Shown piece after piece: positions 5,812 to 15,351 of a stretch of DNA of 40,280 nucleotides. The position numbers and the translations under genes were made by a program. The notes under the pieces are model-generated. The model saw only the letters and a list, made by a program, of their open reading frames with translations, was not told the DNA's origin and searched no databases. Source of the DNA: a virus; IMG/VR virus record IMGVR_UViG_3300013413_000001, positions 1 through 40,280 of that record. The stretch is one strand, 5' to 3'. Position 1 is the stretch's first letter. Every line of letters starts with the position of its first letter.

Positions 5812-8377
5812 CCGGCTGCGGGTTCGCCAGAATTCCGCGTAGCTTATTGGCGTTTGCCATGTCTGCGGCCTTCGCCACGCGCCCGGACAGCGTGCTACCC
5901 AGCGCAGAACCCATCGCCATCCCCGGATAGCCAGCGATCGAATGCCCGAGCGCAGCCCCTGCAGCCGGGGGCGCCCAAATCATGCCGCGCTGCAGCAGGT
6001 TATGCCCCTGCACTGCCGCACCAGGGTAGGCCGATGGCGTCTGCAGGATATGGCCGCCTCTGTTCAGGGTCTGGAATTTCGCCAGCTCTTTATCATCGAA
6101 CACCAGCGCCATCTTTGATGCCTGCTTGTTCATCTCGCGCGTGACGTTGGCCGCGTTCCACATCGACGGGCCGTTTTGCGTGCCGCCGCTGTCACCAGCC
6201 CGATAAATCTGCTTGGCAAGTTCGCCCTTGATCTCGGATAGCGCCTGCTGGGCCTGCGGCTGCAGTTCTGCTGGCATGCTCTTGAGCGTATTGATGACGT
6301 GCTCAAACTGGCCAGTCGGCATGCTAACGACCTTGGCGCCGATCTTCTCGTCCGGAACGGCTTTGTTGATGCCGTCAGGGCCGGACTCGTTGATGAGCGA
6401 GGCGATGCCCTTGGGATTGTCCAGGGTGTTCTTGCGCTCGGCATGCAGGGCGCGGGCTTGGGTGTAGATGTCATCGCCGCCAGCTTTGGCGACATCCATA
6501 TCCAGCGCCTCCTTAATCTTGCCGACCAGACCCGAATTCTGCGGCGACCACACATTCGGACTATTCAAGTATTGGCGCATGCCCTCCGCCTGCTTGGCGG
6601 TAATCTGCTGGATATTGCCGTCAGCATCGACAATGCCCTGCTCACGCATGTAAGCCCGAATGCCGCGGCGCAACTGTGAATTCTCCGCCTTGCCGGCGAA
6701 ATTGGAGTTTGTGTCCATGAGCTTAACGAAGGCTTCTGGTTCGATGCCTGCCACGCCGCCAGCGCGCTCGTCTGCGGCGCGGTAAAGCGCCGAGACCTCC
6801 TTGTCGTAGTGCTCTGACAGGGCTTGCAGCGGGGCGCGCACCGATTGCCCGATGGCCTCAGGACTCGCGGCAGTCGCGCCGGTATCCTTCACGATGCTAT
6901 CGGCATAGTTCTTGATGGCGCCCTGCTCTTTCTGGATCTGCTCGCGAACCACATCGCCCATCGGGCTATCCAGCTTCGAGTGCTGGTATTCCTGCCCTGC
7001 GGTGAACTTGTCGCCCGTGATCGCGCTCTGCCGTTGGGTGTCAAGGCCGATGTCGCGCATCGTCTGAATATTGGCCTGCTGCTCGGAAACTGGCAGACTG
7101 GTCTTCGGCTTAGGTAGTTCCGGCACCTCAAAGGCGGGCGTCGGCTGCGCTCCCGCAGGTTTCACCTGCGTGAATGTGCCATCGCCGTTCGGAACGTACT
7201 TGGGTTTCGCTGCCGTTGCGGCGGCCTTGGCCTCGCCAGCCGCCGCTTTGTCTGCGGCGGTCTGGAACGGGATGCTGCCAGCCTCAATCATGGGCGCCGC
7301 CTTCCCGGCAATCGCAGCGCGCAGATTGTTGACTACGCCGGCTCCGTCAAACGCGGAGCTAACAGCCTTGCCAGCCGCGGGCGCCGCGACAGTACCGATG
7401 ACCATGGGAACCTGATCGTTGATCGTTGCCAGCAACGGGTTAGACGTACCCTTTACGAAGGTGTTGTCATACGCCTGCCCAACCGAGGACAGCGTATTGC
7501 CAACCGGTGTATCCATGACCGCTTTGACGCCACGCGAGGCCATGCCACCAAGATCTGACAGCGCGACCTGACCGCCTTGCGTCTCAGGGTGATAAGTCAG
7601 CGCATCAGTGATCTTGTTGCCAAAGGTCTTCGCCTCGTCGTAAGTCTTCCCCGTTGCTGCGGCGATAGTGCGACCGATCATGCCGACCGGTTGTGCAATC
7701 ATGGAGGTGCCGGCAGTCAGCAGCGGCTCAACAGCGGCGCCAAGAACGTTAGTCGGCGTCCATGGCGCGGCAGCGGGTTGCTTTGCGGAGGCATTCGGCG
7801 CCCCTGCGGCCTTCGCCTGATCGGTCTGCGCCATGAAGCGCGAGAACGGATCATCCGTCGAAGCCGCGGCTTGAGCCGGCGTGCTTGCCGCCTTCTGCTG
7901 GCCTCCTGTACTCGCGAGGAAATGCGAGAACGGATCATCGCCACCCGCCGCGCTGGCATCGGGAGGCAGTCCAGGCATTTGAGGTTTCGGCATGTTCTGG
8001 CCCTGATATGCGCCCATCGTGCGCTTTACGTATGCTTGCGTCTCTGGGAAGTTCGGGATGCCGCCAGCCTTGTCTACAGCGCCGGGGCCAGCATTGTAGG
8101 CTGCCAGAGCTAGCGGAACGGTGCCGTACTTGTCCAACTGCTGCGACAGGTACTTCGCGCCCCCGTAGATGTTCTGCGTAGGGTCGTTGACGTCCGTGAC
8201 GCCCATCTCTTTCGCGGTGTCCGGCATCAACTGCATCAGCCCCGCCGCACCCTTGGGAGAAACGGCGCGGGGGTCGCCGTTGCTCTGTTCGCCGTAGAGC
8301 ATCACCGCCCGCAACAGACGCGGGTCTACATTGTGCTGCTTACCCGCCGACTCGAGGATGGACGAGTAGTCGGCCAT
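5804..8377 (-). CDS. Internal virion / ejection protein with an N-terminal lytic transglycosylase (SLT) domain
   Basis: SLT motifs AAGLMQLMPDTAKEMG and AAYNAGPGAV are present. At 857 aa it occupies the position of P22 gp16. Confidence 0.75.
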   Translation of the reverse strand: MADYSSILESAGKQHNVDPRLLRAVMLYGEQSNGDPRAVSPKGAAGLMQLMPDTAKEMGVTDVNDPTQNIYGGAKYLSQQLDKYGTVPLALAAYNAGPGAVDKAGGIPNFPETQAYVKRTMGAYQGQNMPKPQMPGLPPDASAAGGDDPFSHFLASTGGQQKAASTPAQAAASTDDPFSRFMAQTDQAKAAGAPNASAKQPAAAPWTPTNVLGAAVEPLLTAGTSMIAQPVGMIGRTIAAATGKTYDEAKTFGNKITDALTYHPETQGGQVALSDLGGMASRGVKAVMDTPVGNTLSSVGQAYDNTFVKGTSNPLLATINDQVPMVIGTVAAPAAGKAVSSAFDGAGVVNNLRAAIAGKAAPMIEAGSIPFQTAADKAAAGEAKAAATAAKPKYVPNGDGTFTQVKPAGAQPTPAFEVPELPKPKTSLPVSEQQANIQTMRDIGLDTQRQSAITGDKFTAGQEYQHSKLDSPMGDVVREQIQKEQGAIKNYADSIVKDTGATAASPEAIGQSVRAPLQALSEHYDKEVSALYRAADERAGGVAGIEPEAFVKLMDTNSNFAGKAENSQLRRGIRAYMREQGIVDADGNIQQITAKQAEGMRQYLNSPNVWSPQNSGLVGKIKEALDMDVAKAGGDDIYTQARALHAERKNTLDNPKGIASLINESGPDGINKAVPDEKIGAKVVSMPTGQFEHVINTLKSMPAELQPQAQQALSEIKGELAKQIYRAGDSGGTQNGPSMWNAANVTREMNKQASKMALVFDDKELAKFQTLNRGGHILQTPSAYPGAAVQGHNLLQRGMIWAPPAAGAALGHSIAGYPGMAMGSALGSTLSGRVAKAADMANANKLRGILANPQPVK

Positions 8378-9843
8378 TACTTCTTGCCCTCGATGTAGCC
8401 GCTCTGCGCTGCCCAGTTATAGGTTTCCTTAAACTGCGCCTGTTGCTTCGGCGACATCTTGTTGTAGGCCGCCCGGACCTTATCCGGCGCCACGTCAGCG
8501 ATGAACACGTTCGGATCAACCTTGCCGGCCCATTGCAGTTTCCAGTTAGCGTACTGATTCGCGGGAAGACCCGTAGCCGCAAAGGCGTCCGTCATGGCCT
8601 TGTCCATGCGCTCAAGGCCAATGTTTGCCTTGATAACGTTCTCGGCGGCAAGCTGTGAGATATGCGTGCTGGCGTTTCCGGCGAGCGTCGTGGCGAGTTT
8701 GGAATCCGTGCCGCCACCCAACGCGCCAGCCTTGGCCGAAGCGTATTGCGTCAGGTACTTGTTCGCCTCGTCGTAAGACTCGATCTTGCTCGCATCCACA
8801 CCTGGGAACTCGCCAGCATGCGCAAGGATGAACGACTTCGCCTGATTGACAGCGGCCGAGCCGGGGCCGATGTCGCCCTTCTGAACTGCGCCGAGCGCCG
8901 ATTGCAGTTGGTACAGCCTGCCGGGAACGCCACCGGCATTCGCGCGGTCGGCATCCCATTGCTTGGCAGAGCCTTCCATCGCCGTCGATTCGCCTGTCGG
9001 TGCACTCGTCGGGTTGAATCCACCGGCAGTCGGCTGTGCGGGCTGCGCGCCAGGATAACGCCCATTGCCAGACGCGCCGCCCGGTACGAGATTGCCGAAT
9101 CCCTGATCCTGCGCGACCTGACCAAGCGGCTTGGTTCCCGGTTGTCCGTTCTGGTAGGTGCCGACCTGCGAAACCTGCTCCGCTGGCGTCAGCGTCTTGG
9201 TGACTTGCGTGCCGATGATTCCCGGATTGGTTAGCGCGTTGGTGTCGACATACTTCGCGGTGCCACCCTGATCCACCAGCGTCGGCGTCGGCGTCATGGC
9301 GCGTAGTTGCGTTTCTCCGCTCAAAGCCGCTTGGTAGTGCTGCGCGAGCCATTGACGAAGTTGCGCGGGGTCTTGCGGCATGCTCTGGACTTCTGCAGCC
9401 ACAACCTGCGGCGTCACGGCGCCAGCCTGCAACTGGGTTCCTGCGAAACCGAGAATGTCGGCGGCCGTCAGATCCCTCTTCTGCATTAACGACCCGAGCC
9501 CTTGACGCAAGCCGGACTGCACCTTGATGGCCTGTTCCAGTTTGCCGGTGTCCAGCGTCTGTTGTTTCTGCTGCGCGTCCAGAATGCTGTTATTGATCTG
9601 CGGCAGGTTGTAGGCGCCAGCACCCTGCGCCATGATCGAACGGAACTTGTTGTAGTCCGTGTTTCCGTTGGGGTCGGTAGCCTGCTTGAATGCTTCCGAT
9701 GCGGCGTTGTTCGCGTCAATGCCCTGCTGAAGCGCCTGAGCGTTCAGATTCGACATGCGGAACTGAGCCGCCTGCATAGCTGTCTGCAACGGATTGGTCT
9801 GCGGGACTTGCGCCTTGAGCGGGATGGTGTAATCGAGTGGCAT
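8377..9843 (-). CDS. Ejection / internal virion protein (gp20-position)
   Basis: Start at the internal ATG (MPLDYTIPLK), 4 nt after the upstream stop. It is Gln/Ala/Gly-rich, and its size and position match a P22-like ejection protein. No specific motif was seen. Confidence 0.5.
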   Translation of the reverse strand: MPLDYTIPLKAQVPQTNPLQTAMQAAQFRMSNLNAQALQQGIDANNAASEAFKQATDPNGNTDYNKFRSIMAQGAGAYNLPQINNSILDAQQKQQTLDTGKLEQAIKVQSGLRQGLGSLMQKRDLTAADILGFAGTQLQAGAVTPQVVAAEVQSMPQDPAQLRQWLAQHYQAALSGETQLRAMTPTPTLVDQGGTAKYVDTNALTNPGIIGTQVTKTLTPAEQVSQVGTYQNGQPGTKPLGQVAQDQGFGNLVPGGASGNGRYPGAQPAQPTAGGFNPTSAPTGESTAMEGSAKQWDADRANAGGVPGRLYQLQSALGAVQKGDIGPGSAAVNQAKSFILAHAGEFPGVDASKIESYDEANKYLTQYASAKAGALGGGTDSKLATTLAGNASTHISQLAAENVIKANIGLERMDKAMTDAFAATGLPANQYANWKLQWAGKVDPNVFIADVAPDKVRAAYNKMSPKQQAQFKETYNWAAQSGYIEGKK

Positions 9844-9847
9844 CGTA

Positions 9848-10675
9848 TCAACCGTAGGCGGAAGCGTCGTTGAAATAGGTCGTCGTGTCGTTCGGGTTGA
9901 ACTGAGTTCCCCACGAACCAGTTGATCCGGAAGGTCCGCCAGCATTGTTCTTCATCATCCCGTACAGCAGTGCGTTGCCTCCAATGCTATTTGCCCCGCT
10001 GGCAAGCGCATTGGCCGATCCGACGCGACCCGCAGCCGCAGCATTGGCGCCACCCATCATCGTGTCACCGATGCTGTTCATGGCCTGCGCGCCGAGCGAA
10101 CCATTCGTAGATGCGGCGTTCTGGCCGTTATTGACGACGGCGCTCAGGCGGTTGACGCGATTCGCGGCGCTCCCATAGTTCGTGTTGAACGTCTGCAGCG
10201 CGCGATTGAAGACATCGTTGTAAGTCGTGTTGGCAAGACCCGTGGCATACCCAGTCGCCCCTTTCAGCGCCGCGCCTGACGTGCCGAGCCCTCGGGCCGC
10301 AGCCGAATTCTGCACCGCCCTCAGACCTTGATCGAGGGTGAACTGATAGCCGGGTGTCGCTTCCGCTTCCGCTTGAGTGGGCGCGTGAAACGTCTGCATC
10401 AGCGGATTGGTCGGGTCGTAGCCCGTCAGGTCATAGCCGCCATTGGCGTTACCCTGCGGCAGGTAGCCCATCGCCCCGAGCAGTTGCGGGATCAGATTCG
10501 TCCCGGCCTGCATGTACGGCTTCAGATTGTTCTGCGTCTGCTGCCACTGCGCATTCTGCATATCCGCAGTTCGATTTGCGGCGTCTGCCTGTGTATCGGC
10601 CGCAGATTGCGCCCCCATTGCGCTAATCCCGCCACCCACAACCGCACCACCCGCTATTGCGGCAGCTACGCACAT
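9848..10675 (-). CDS. Gly/Ala/Asn-rich ejection / internal virion protein (gp7-position)
   Basis: It has a hydrophobic Gly/Ala N-terminus and low-complexity composition. Assignment rests on synteny only. Confidence 0.45.
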   Translation of the reverse strand: MCVAAAIAGGAVVGGGISAMGAQSAADTQADAANRTADMQNAQWQQTQNNLKPYMQAGTNLIPQLLGAMGYLPQGNANGGYDLTGYDPTNPLMQTFHAPTQAEAEATPGYQFTLDQGLRAVQNSAAARGLGTSGAALKGATGYATGLANTTYNDVFNRALQTFNTNYGSAANRVNRLSAVVNNGQNAASTNGSLGAQAMNSIGDTMMGGANAAAAGRVGSANALASGANSIGGNALLYGMMKNNAGGPSGSTGSWGTQFNPNDTTTYFNDASAYG

Positions 10676-11169
10676 GTCTCACCTCCCGGAAGATCTTTGA
10701 GTTTGAGTTCCATCACAACGTCGTCGGCGATATAACCGCGTCGCTGGAGAATCTCGTACAGTTTTCCGGTCCTCGTGACCGGCCAGCCAACGATGCTGAC
10801 GCCGCGCTCGCGAAGCGCTGTCTCTACGCTCGACATGAAGCGCGGCATAGATCGCCTATGATCTGGATGCACATAGAACGTATCGACGTTTCCGCACAAC
10901 TCGGTTTTCAGGTGGAGGCTCTTGTATAGAATTAGCAGCGCATATCCGGTCAAGATACTGTCTTGGTCGCGCAACGTCATTGCGATCAGAGAATGGTTGG
11001 CGGCCAAATAAAGGTACTGATCGATGTCTGGATCAATCGCAAGGCCGCGCTGTCCGTGATAGGCGCAGGTATCTTTCTTGATCTCCGAACATTCATCCCA
11101 GCTTTGCTGGCCAAGTGGGATGATCTCGTTCGCAAGTTCGCGCGTGAAAGTTTCGATGGCAATCTTCAC
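10666..11169 (-). CDS. GNAT-family acetyltransferase-like protein embedded in the virion module
   Basis: GTG start in a GTGA overlap with the upstream stop. The core FYVHPDHRRSMPRFMSSVETALRERGV followed by LYEILQRRGY resembles GNAT motif A/B. Confidence 0.5.
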   Translation of the reverse strand: MKIAIETFTRELANEIIPLGQQSWDECSEIKKDTCAYHGQRGLAIDPDIDQYLYLAANHSLIAMTLRDQDSILTGYALLILYKSLHLKTELCGNVDTFYVHPDHRRSMPRFMSSVETALRERGVSIVGWPVTRTGKLYEILQRRGYIADDVVMELKLKDLPGGETCA

Positions 11170-11510
11170 GAGAACAGGCCTCCATTCATGAAATGCACGG
11201 TGATGACACTCGCCGTCCCGGCTTTGCCCTGCAGGATGTCGCCAGCCGCCATCGTGGGAAGGTCGACGTCTACCCATCCGTTTGCCGGAACGGTGTAATT
11301 GGTTGGCACGAGCTGCGTTGCTGCGCTGGCCGAACCGCCATTCGGGACAGCATCGATTTCCGTCGCCACCGCAACGCCAGACGTGTTGGTGAGCCGGATG
11401 CGGCCACCACGCAGCAGCACGGTGGACGGGGCCAGCGGCATCGTGAAGATTGCCGCAAGCGCAACGCCCAACTGCACCGGCTGGAAAAGTTTCGAGTAGG
11501 TGATTGCCAT
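11166..11510 (-). CDS. Small beta-rich virion-module protein (114 aa)
   Basis: Tightly coupled ORF between the needle-like gene and the GNAT gene. No recognisable motif. Confidence 0.5.
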   Translation of the reverse strand: MAITYSKLFQPVQLGVALAAIFTMPLAPSTVLLRGGRIRLTNTSGVAVATEIDAVPNGGSASAATQLVPTNYTVPANGWVDVDLPTMAAGDILQGKAGTASVITVHFMNGGLFS

Positions 11511-11512
11511 AG

Positions 11513-12172
11513 TTATTGCGCCGCCGTGAAAGTCAGCCCATCAAGGGATACATAGGTGTTGTTGCCTGCATCTGGATTTACGCCGCCAGCACCCGAAACC
11601 GAGACGCGGCCGACTGCTCCATTGCTGATGCAGACCAGCAATTCCGTGTTGACGGGGCGGTAACCAACCGGCAACAGGAAGGCGAGGCTGCCGATCGTCC
11701 CGAGTTTGATTGTTCCCCGTAGATGCACGACGCCGAACGGGTCTTTCCAGTAGCCGGCGGGGTTGAACGGCGATCCGTAGTTCACCCACGAATTCAGCAG
11801 CGTCGGCGCGTTCCACTGTTCCAGGCTCTGCGTCTGCGGCGTCCGTATGTCTAGCGCCTGCGCTTCCAGATCATCGAGGCGCCGCTGTAGCGCGCTGATG
11901 TTCTGTGGGCCTAACTGCTGCGATTCAAGATCCGCAATCCGGCGCAGCGCTTCCTGCAGAGCGGCGTCTGACGGCACAACCGACTGGTAATCCGCCTGGG
12001 TCTGCACTGCCGCAATTGCCTTGAGGATCTGCGTCAGATCAGTGCTCGAACTTCCGCCCCCGAGCTTGTTGAAAAACGTCAGGAACAGTTGCCACCAGAC
12101 CTGTGTGACCTGCCCGTTCGTCAGGTCCACCATCGGCGCATTGGGCGCCGGGAGGTTGTTATCCGGCGTCAT
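11513..12172 (-). CDS. Tail needle / fibre-like protein with a coiled coil and a C-terminal knob (gp26-position)
   Basis: ATGA overlap with the upstream gene. Heptad-like LQEALRRIADLESQQL...LQRRLDDLEAQAL is followed by a beta-rich C-terminus WNAPTLLNSWVNYG...VHLRGTIK. Confidence 0.55.
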   Translation of the reverse strand: MTPDNNLPAPNAPMVDLTNGQVTQVWWQLFLTFFNKLGGGSSSTDLTQILKAIAAVQTQADYQSVVPSDAALQEALRRIADLESQQLGPQNISALQRRLDDLEAQALDIRTPQTQSLEQWNAPTLLNSWVNYGSPFNPAGYWKDPFGVVHLRGTIKLGTIGSLAFLLPVGYRPVNTELLVCISNGAVGRVSVSGAGGVNPDAGNNTYVSLDGLTFTAAQ

Positions 12173-13590
12173 GTCCGAGCCGACGAAATGTCGATGTATG
12201 CGCCATTCAGCGCCGTTTTCACCGGAGCCGACCACGACAGCTCAAACACGCGATCGCGCGCGTAGCCGAGTCGCTGGTACTGGATCACGCTGATGTAATC
12301 ACCGGCCCTTCCGAGCGAGCCTGCGACGTAATTGCCCCACGAAAAGCCACGATCATCCGACCAGCGCAGCCGGATTTCCGGGTCTGCTGTATCACCCGGA
12401 AGGCCTTGACCGACTTCCATGTCTGCGACGAACTGGCGGAAGAAAGCACGCTTTCCACTTGCCCCGATATGCGGGAATGAGCGGATTCGGAGAATCGGAT
12501 TGCCGTTGTCGGTGTAATTGTTCGGGTCCAGCGCATACACGGCACCGGTCGCGTAGTCGCCCACCAGATTGCGGCCCTGGTTGAACGAATGGCACGCGCC
12601 ACGATGACGGGAAATCGTCCCGTTGGCTTCCAGATAGCCGCGCTGATGCCACGTGCCGGTCGCGGTGTCGTACACCCACGTCTTATTGGCAGTCGGAAAC
12701 GTCAGCACGTAGAACGGATGGCCGCCCTGCTGATAGGTGTAGCCGATCGCGTCATCAATCCGGCTGTAGGTCGAGAACTCCTGCTCAATGGCGTGGGTGC
12801 TGATTCGGTTGGCCGTGTAGTTCCTGCCGGCCATCACGATCCCTTGTCCCTGTTGGTCCTTCGACAGCCAGAACAGCGTCAGATCGAACTTCGCAACCGA
12901 GTGCTTGGCAGCGCAGCCATGCTCGATGAACACGCCAGGCATGCGCCCGAACGTGAAATCCGAGGCGCCCGTGTTGTACCAGACCTCCGTAGTCACATCC
13001 CCGAACAGCCAGATTTCGCGGTGCATGACCGCATGCGATACCAGATTGTCCGGATAGGTCGACTTCGAGGCGATGTCGAGCGAGTTGAACGTCACCGCCT
13101 GGTAATTCGAGATATAGAACTGCTGCGCGGATGGCTTGTTGAAGATGAAATAGCCATCCACGAAATCCACGCGATCCGCGCCATAGAACGCCGGATCGGT
13201 AACCTGCGTCATGACATTTGTCACGAGATGAATCGTGTAGCCGTTGGGCGTGCCGTCCACGATTACAGCGTCCGTGCCGTTGTCAGCGATGACCACATGG
13301 CCGCTCAGGGTCGAGATCGAGCCAAGCAGCGTGTAGACGTTATTGATGTCAACCGCATAGACATTCGCCCCCACCACCTCATACCGCTGGCCGGTCGTCG
13401 CCGTATAGATGCAGCGCGATTCGGCCTGCACCGGAGGGGTGGAGACGAGCGTCAGCCCCGGCGTCGGGTAATGCGTGATCTTCGTGGCGGCATCGTCCGG
13501 ATTCGCTTCCTGGTACAGATTCACGCAGCGCTGCGCATCGGCGATCAGGCTGCGGGCAGTGTAAGCGCCGCCGACGAGAGGAACGCGCAT
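12169..13590 (-). CDS. Packaged-DNA stabilisation / tail hub protein (P22 gp10-like by size and position)
   Basis: 473 aa with N-terminus MRVPLVGGAYTARSLIADAQRCVNLYQE. It sits downstream of the gp4-position gene. Confidence 0.55.
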   Translation of the reverse strand: MRVPLVGGAYTARSLIADAQRCVNLYQEANPDDAATKITHYPTPGLTLVSTPPVQAESRCIYTATTGQRYEVVGANVYAVDINNVYTLLGSISTLSGHVVIADNGTDAVIVDGTPNGYTIHLVTNVMTQVTDPAFYGADRVDFVDGYFIFNKPSAQQFYISNYQAVTFNSLDIASKSTYPDNLVSHAVMHREIWLFGDVTTEVWYNTGASDFTFGRMPGVFIEHGCAAKHSVAKFDLTLFWLSKDQQGQGIVMAGRNYTANRISTHAIEQEFSTYSRIDDAIGYTYQQGGHPFYVLTFPTANKTWVYDTATGTWHQRGYLEANGTISRHRGACHSFNQGRNLVGDYATGAVYALDPNNYTDNGNPILRIRSFPHIGASGKRAFFRQFVADMEVGQGLPGDTADPEIRLRWSDDRGFSWGNYVAGSLGRAGDYISVIQYQRLGYARDRVFELSWSAPVKTALNGAYIDISSART

Positions 13591-14192
13591 CAGTCACCAA
13601 TCCTGACCGGCTTAAATAGCCGTTCTGGGGGCAACCCGCGCCATACGCGGTGCCGCAAGGTCTTGAGATCAATCCCAAACATTTCTGAAGCCTCTCTAAT
13701 GGTCATTTCGCCTTTCGGCGTCTGAATCTTTGGGAAATTCCTATTTCGGTTCTGCTCAGCATCTGTAGCCCATCGACAGTTACTGGGCTCGTAGTTGCCA
13801 TTGTTGTCGATGCGATCAATCGAAAGATCGTCCCTATACGCGTCGCCCATGTCAGCGAAGAATTCTTCGAATCGTTGCCACCTTTCGCAGACAACAATTC
13901 CCCTCCCTCCATACATCGAATAGCCAGTAGCTTTCGGATTTGCGCAGCGCTTTTTCATGTCAGCCCAAATGCGGTAGACCCTAGTCCCGGCCATTCCGTG
14001 AGCTGTCTTTTGTTTAGCGACGGAGGCCTTCCTTAAACATCCGCAAGACTTCGATTTCCCGCCACGGAGACTTTGCCCTGCAACAAATGCTTCAGTCCCG
14101 CAATCGCATCGGCATAGCCATTTGCTGCCGCGCGGCTCAAGGGCCATCCACTTACCGAACCGCTTACCTACGAGATCAATGTGCCTCTTCAT
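13590..14192 (-). CDS. Free-standing HNH-type homing endonuclease-like protein with a C-terminal HTH
   Basis: ATG at 14192 has a GGAGGTG SD. Motifs include YRIWADMKKRCANP, YGGRGIVVCERW, SIDRIDNNGNYEPSNCRWAT and EQNRNR. It lies in a lower-GC island between two tail genes. Confidence 0.65.
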   Translation of the reverse strand: MKRHIDLVGKRFGKWMALEPRGSKWLCRCDCGTEAFVAGQSLRGGKSKSCGCLRKASVAKQKTAHGMAGTRVYRIWADMKKRCANPKATGYSMYGGRGIVVCERWQRFEEFFADMGDAYRDDLSIDRIDNNGNYEPSNCRWATDAEQNRNRNFPKIQTPKGEMTIREASEMFGIDLKTLRHRVWRGLPPERLFKPVRIGD

Positions 14193-14246
14193 TTCACGCA
14201 CCTCCAATGAGATACGCTAATTATAACTTCTTCGTGTTTCTTCGTA

Positions 14247-14960
14247 CTAATAATTCATGCCGTTATAAATATTAAATTTCTGCCGCGAGATCAGCCCACG
14301 GGGCATGCGCATCTGTTCAATCTGCGCGTTCATGCGCTTGATGACGCGCTTCGCATTGGCAGCACGCTTTACGAGCGACGGCAACGGCTCGATCTGGTAC
14401 GAAGGGGCCAGATATGGCCCGAGATTGAAGCGGATGGCCGACAAATACTGCGGCGGCAGGTTGACAACCGTTCCCGGTGCCGCGAACTGCGGCAGCACTT
14501 CCATCGTCAGGATATGAATCTGGAACGTGCTATCCGGGATCGGGTAGAAGAACAGATTCCCGAGCGGATATGCCGCGTCGTAGTAGGCGAACTCCGGGAA
14601 CGAAGTCAGACCCTTGAGCGCGATCCTCGCGTAGTCCTCGCGCGACCCCAGCAGTGTCACCGGGTAGTCGATGGCGCTTGCGCTGCCGGCGTTCAGGCGC
14701 GCATAGGCCGCCTCGATCCGCACCGGGCGCGTAATGTTGAAATTGCCGCCAGTGCCCACCGTGTAGGACTGTGCGCCGGTCGATGTCAGCGGCGTATCGA
14801 CCAAGTGATAGACGGAAAGCCTCTCGGTCTGCCACTCACCCAGCATCATGTTTAGCGTGGCGAGTCCGTCAGCGGTGTCATCCGGGCTAATGGATTGCCC
14901 GATGCCCAGCGCGCCGATGTCCTTCAGCGACAGCGTGAGCAGATCGACGGCGGTCGTCAT
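14247..14960 (-). CDS. Head-tail adaptor / tail accessory protein (P22 gp4-position)
   Basis: N-terminus LLTLSLKDIGALGIGQSISPDDTADGLATLNMMLGEW. Assignment rests on its position after the coat gene. Confidence 0.45.
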   Translation of the reverse strand: MTTAVDLLTLSLKDIGALGIGQSISPDDTADGLATLNMMLGEWQTERLSVYHLVDTPLTSTGAQSYTVGTGGNFNITRPVRIEAAYARLNAGSASAIDYPVTLLGSREDYARIALKGLTSFPEFAYYDAAYPLGNLFFYPIPDSTFQIHILTMEVLPQFAAPGTVVNLPPQYLSAIRFNLGPYLAPSYQIEPLPSLVKRAANAKRVIKRMNAQIEQMRMPRGLISRQKFNIYNGMNY

Positions 14961-15295
14961 CAGGCAGTCTCAATCGCAGCGCGCAGCTTGGCATCCGACC
15001 AGCGGCCATCGACCTTGATGCCCTTTTCGGTGGCGATCTGCATCAGGATGGCGCGTTCACTGTCGGGTTGCGCAGCCAGCAATGCGGCTTCGGCCTCGGC
15101 GCTGTCAACGATGACGCCATTGACCCATTTCGGATACTCCACGTAGTCCGGGCTTTGTTCGCGCGGCGTGAACGGTGCGCGCTCGGGCAACTGCCACCCA
15201 TCGCCCAACGCCGTGTGTTCCTCGACGGTCTGGACAAGCTTCGATTCGCCATCCTTGCTCACCCATGCCGGGTACTCTTTGAACTCGTAGGTCAT
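14960..15295 (-). CDS. Hypothetical protein (111 aa)
   Basis: Internal ATG (MTYEFKEY) preceded by GAGGA, placed just after the coat-gene terminator. Confidence 0.5.
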   Translation of the reverse strand: MTYEFKEYPAWVSKDGESKLVQTVEEHTALGDGWQLPERAPFTPREQSPDYVEYPKWVNGVIVDSAEAEAALLAAQPDSERAILMQIATEKGIKVDGRWSDAKLRAAIETA

Positions 15296-15305
15296 ACGAT
15301 CCTCG

Positions 15306-15334
15306 GAAAGAAAATCCCCCGCCGAAGCGGGGGA
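15306..15334 (-). terminator. Rho-independent terminator after the major capsid gene
   Basis: The minus strand reads CCCCCGC-TTCG-GCGGGGG followed by ATTTTCTTTCC. Confidence 0.7.
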
Positions 15335-15351
15335 AGATTGGCGAATGAGCA

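Noticed and set aside
12589-13725. 378-aa + strand ORF opposite the gp10-like gene
   Set aside because: Antisense artefact with no start context or motif. It disrupts the otherwise continuous, translationally coupled minus-strand operon.
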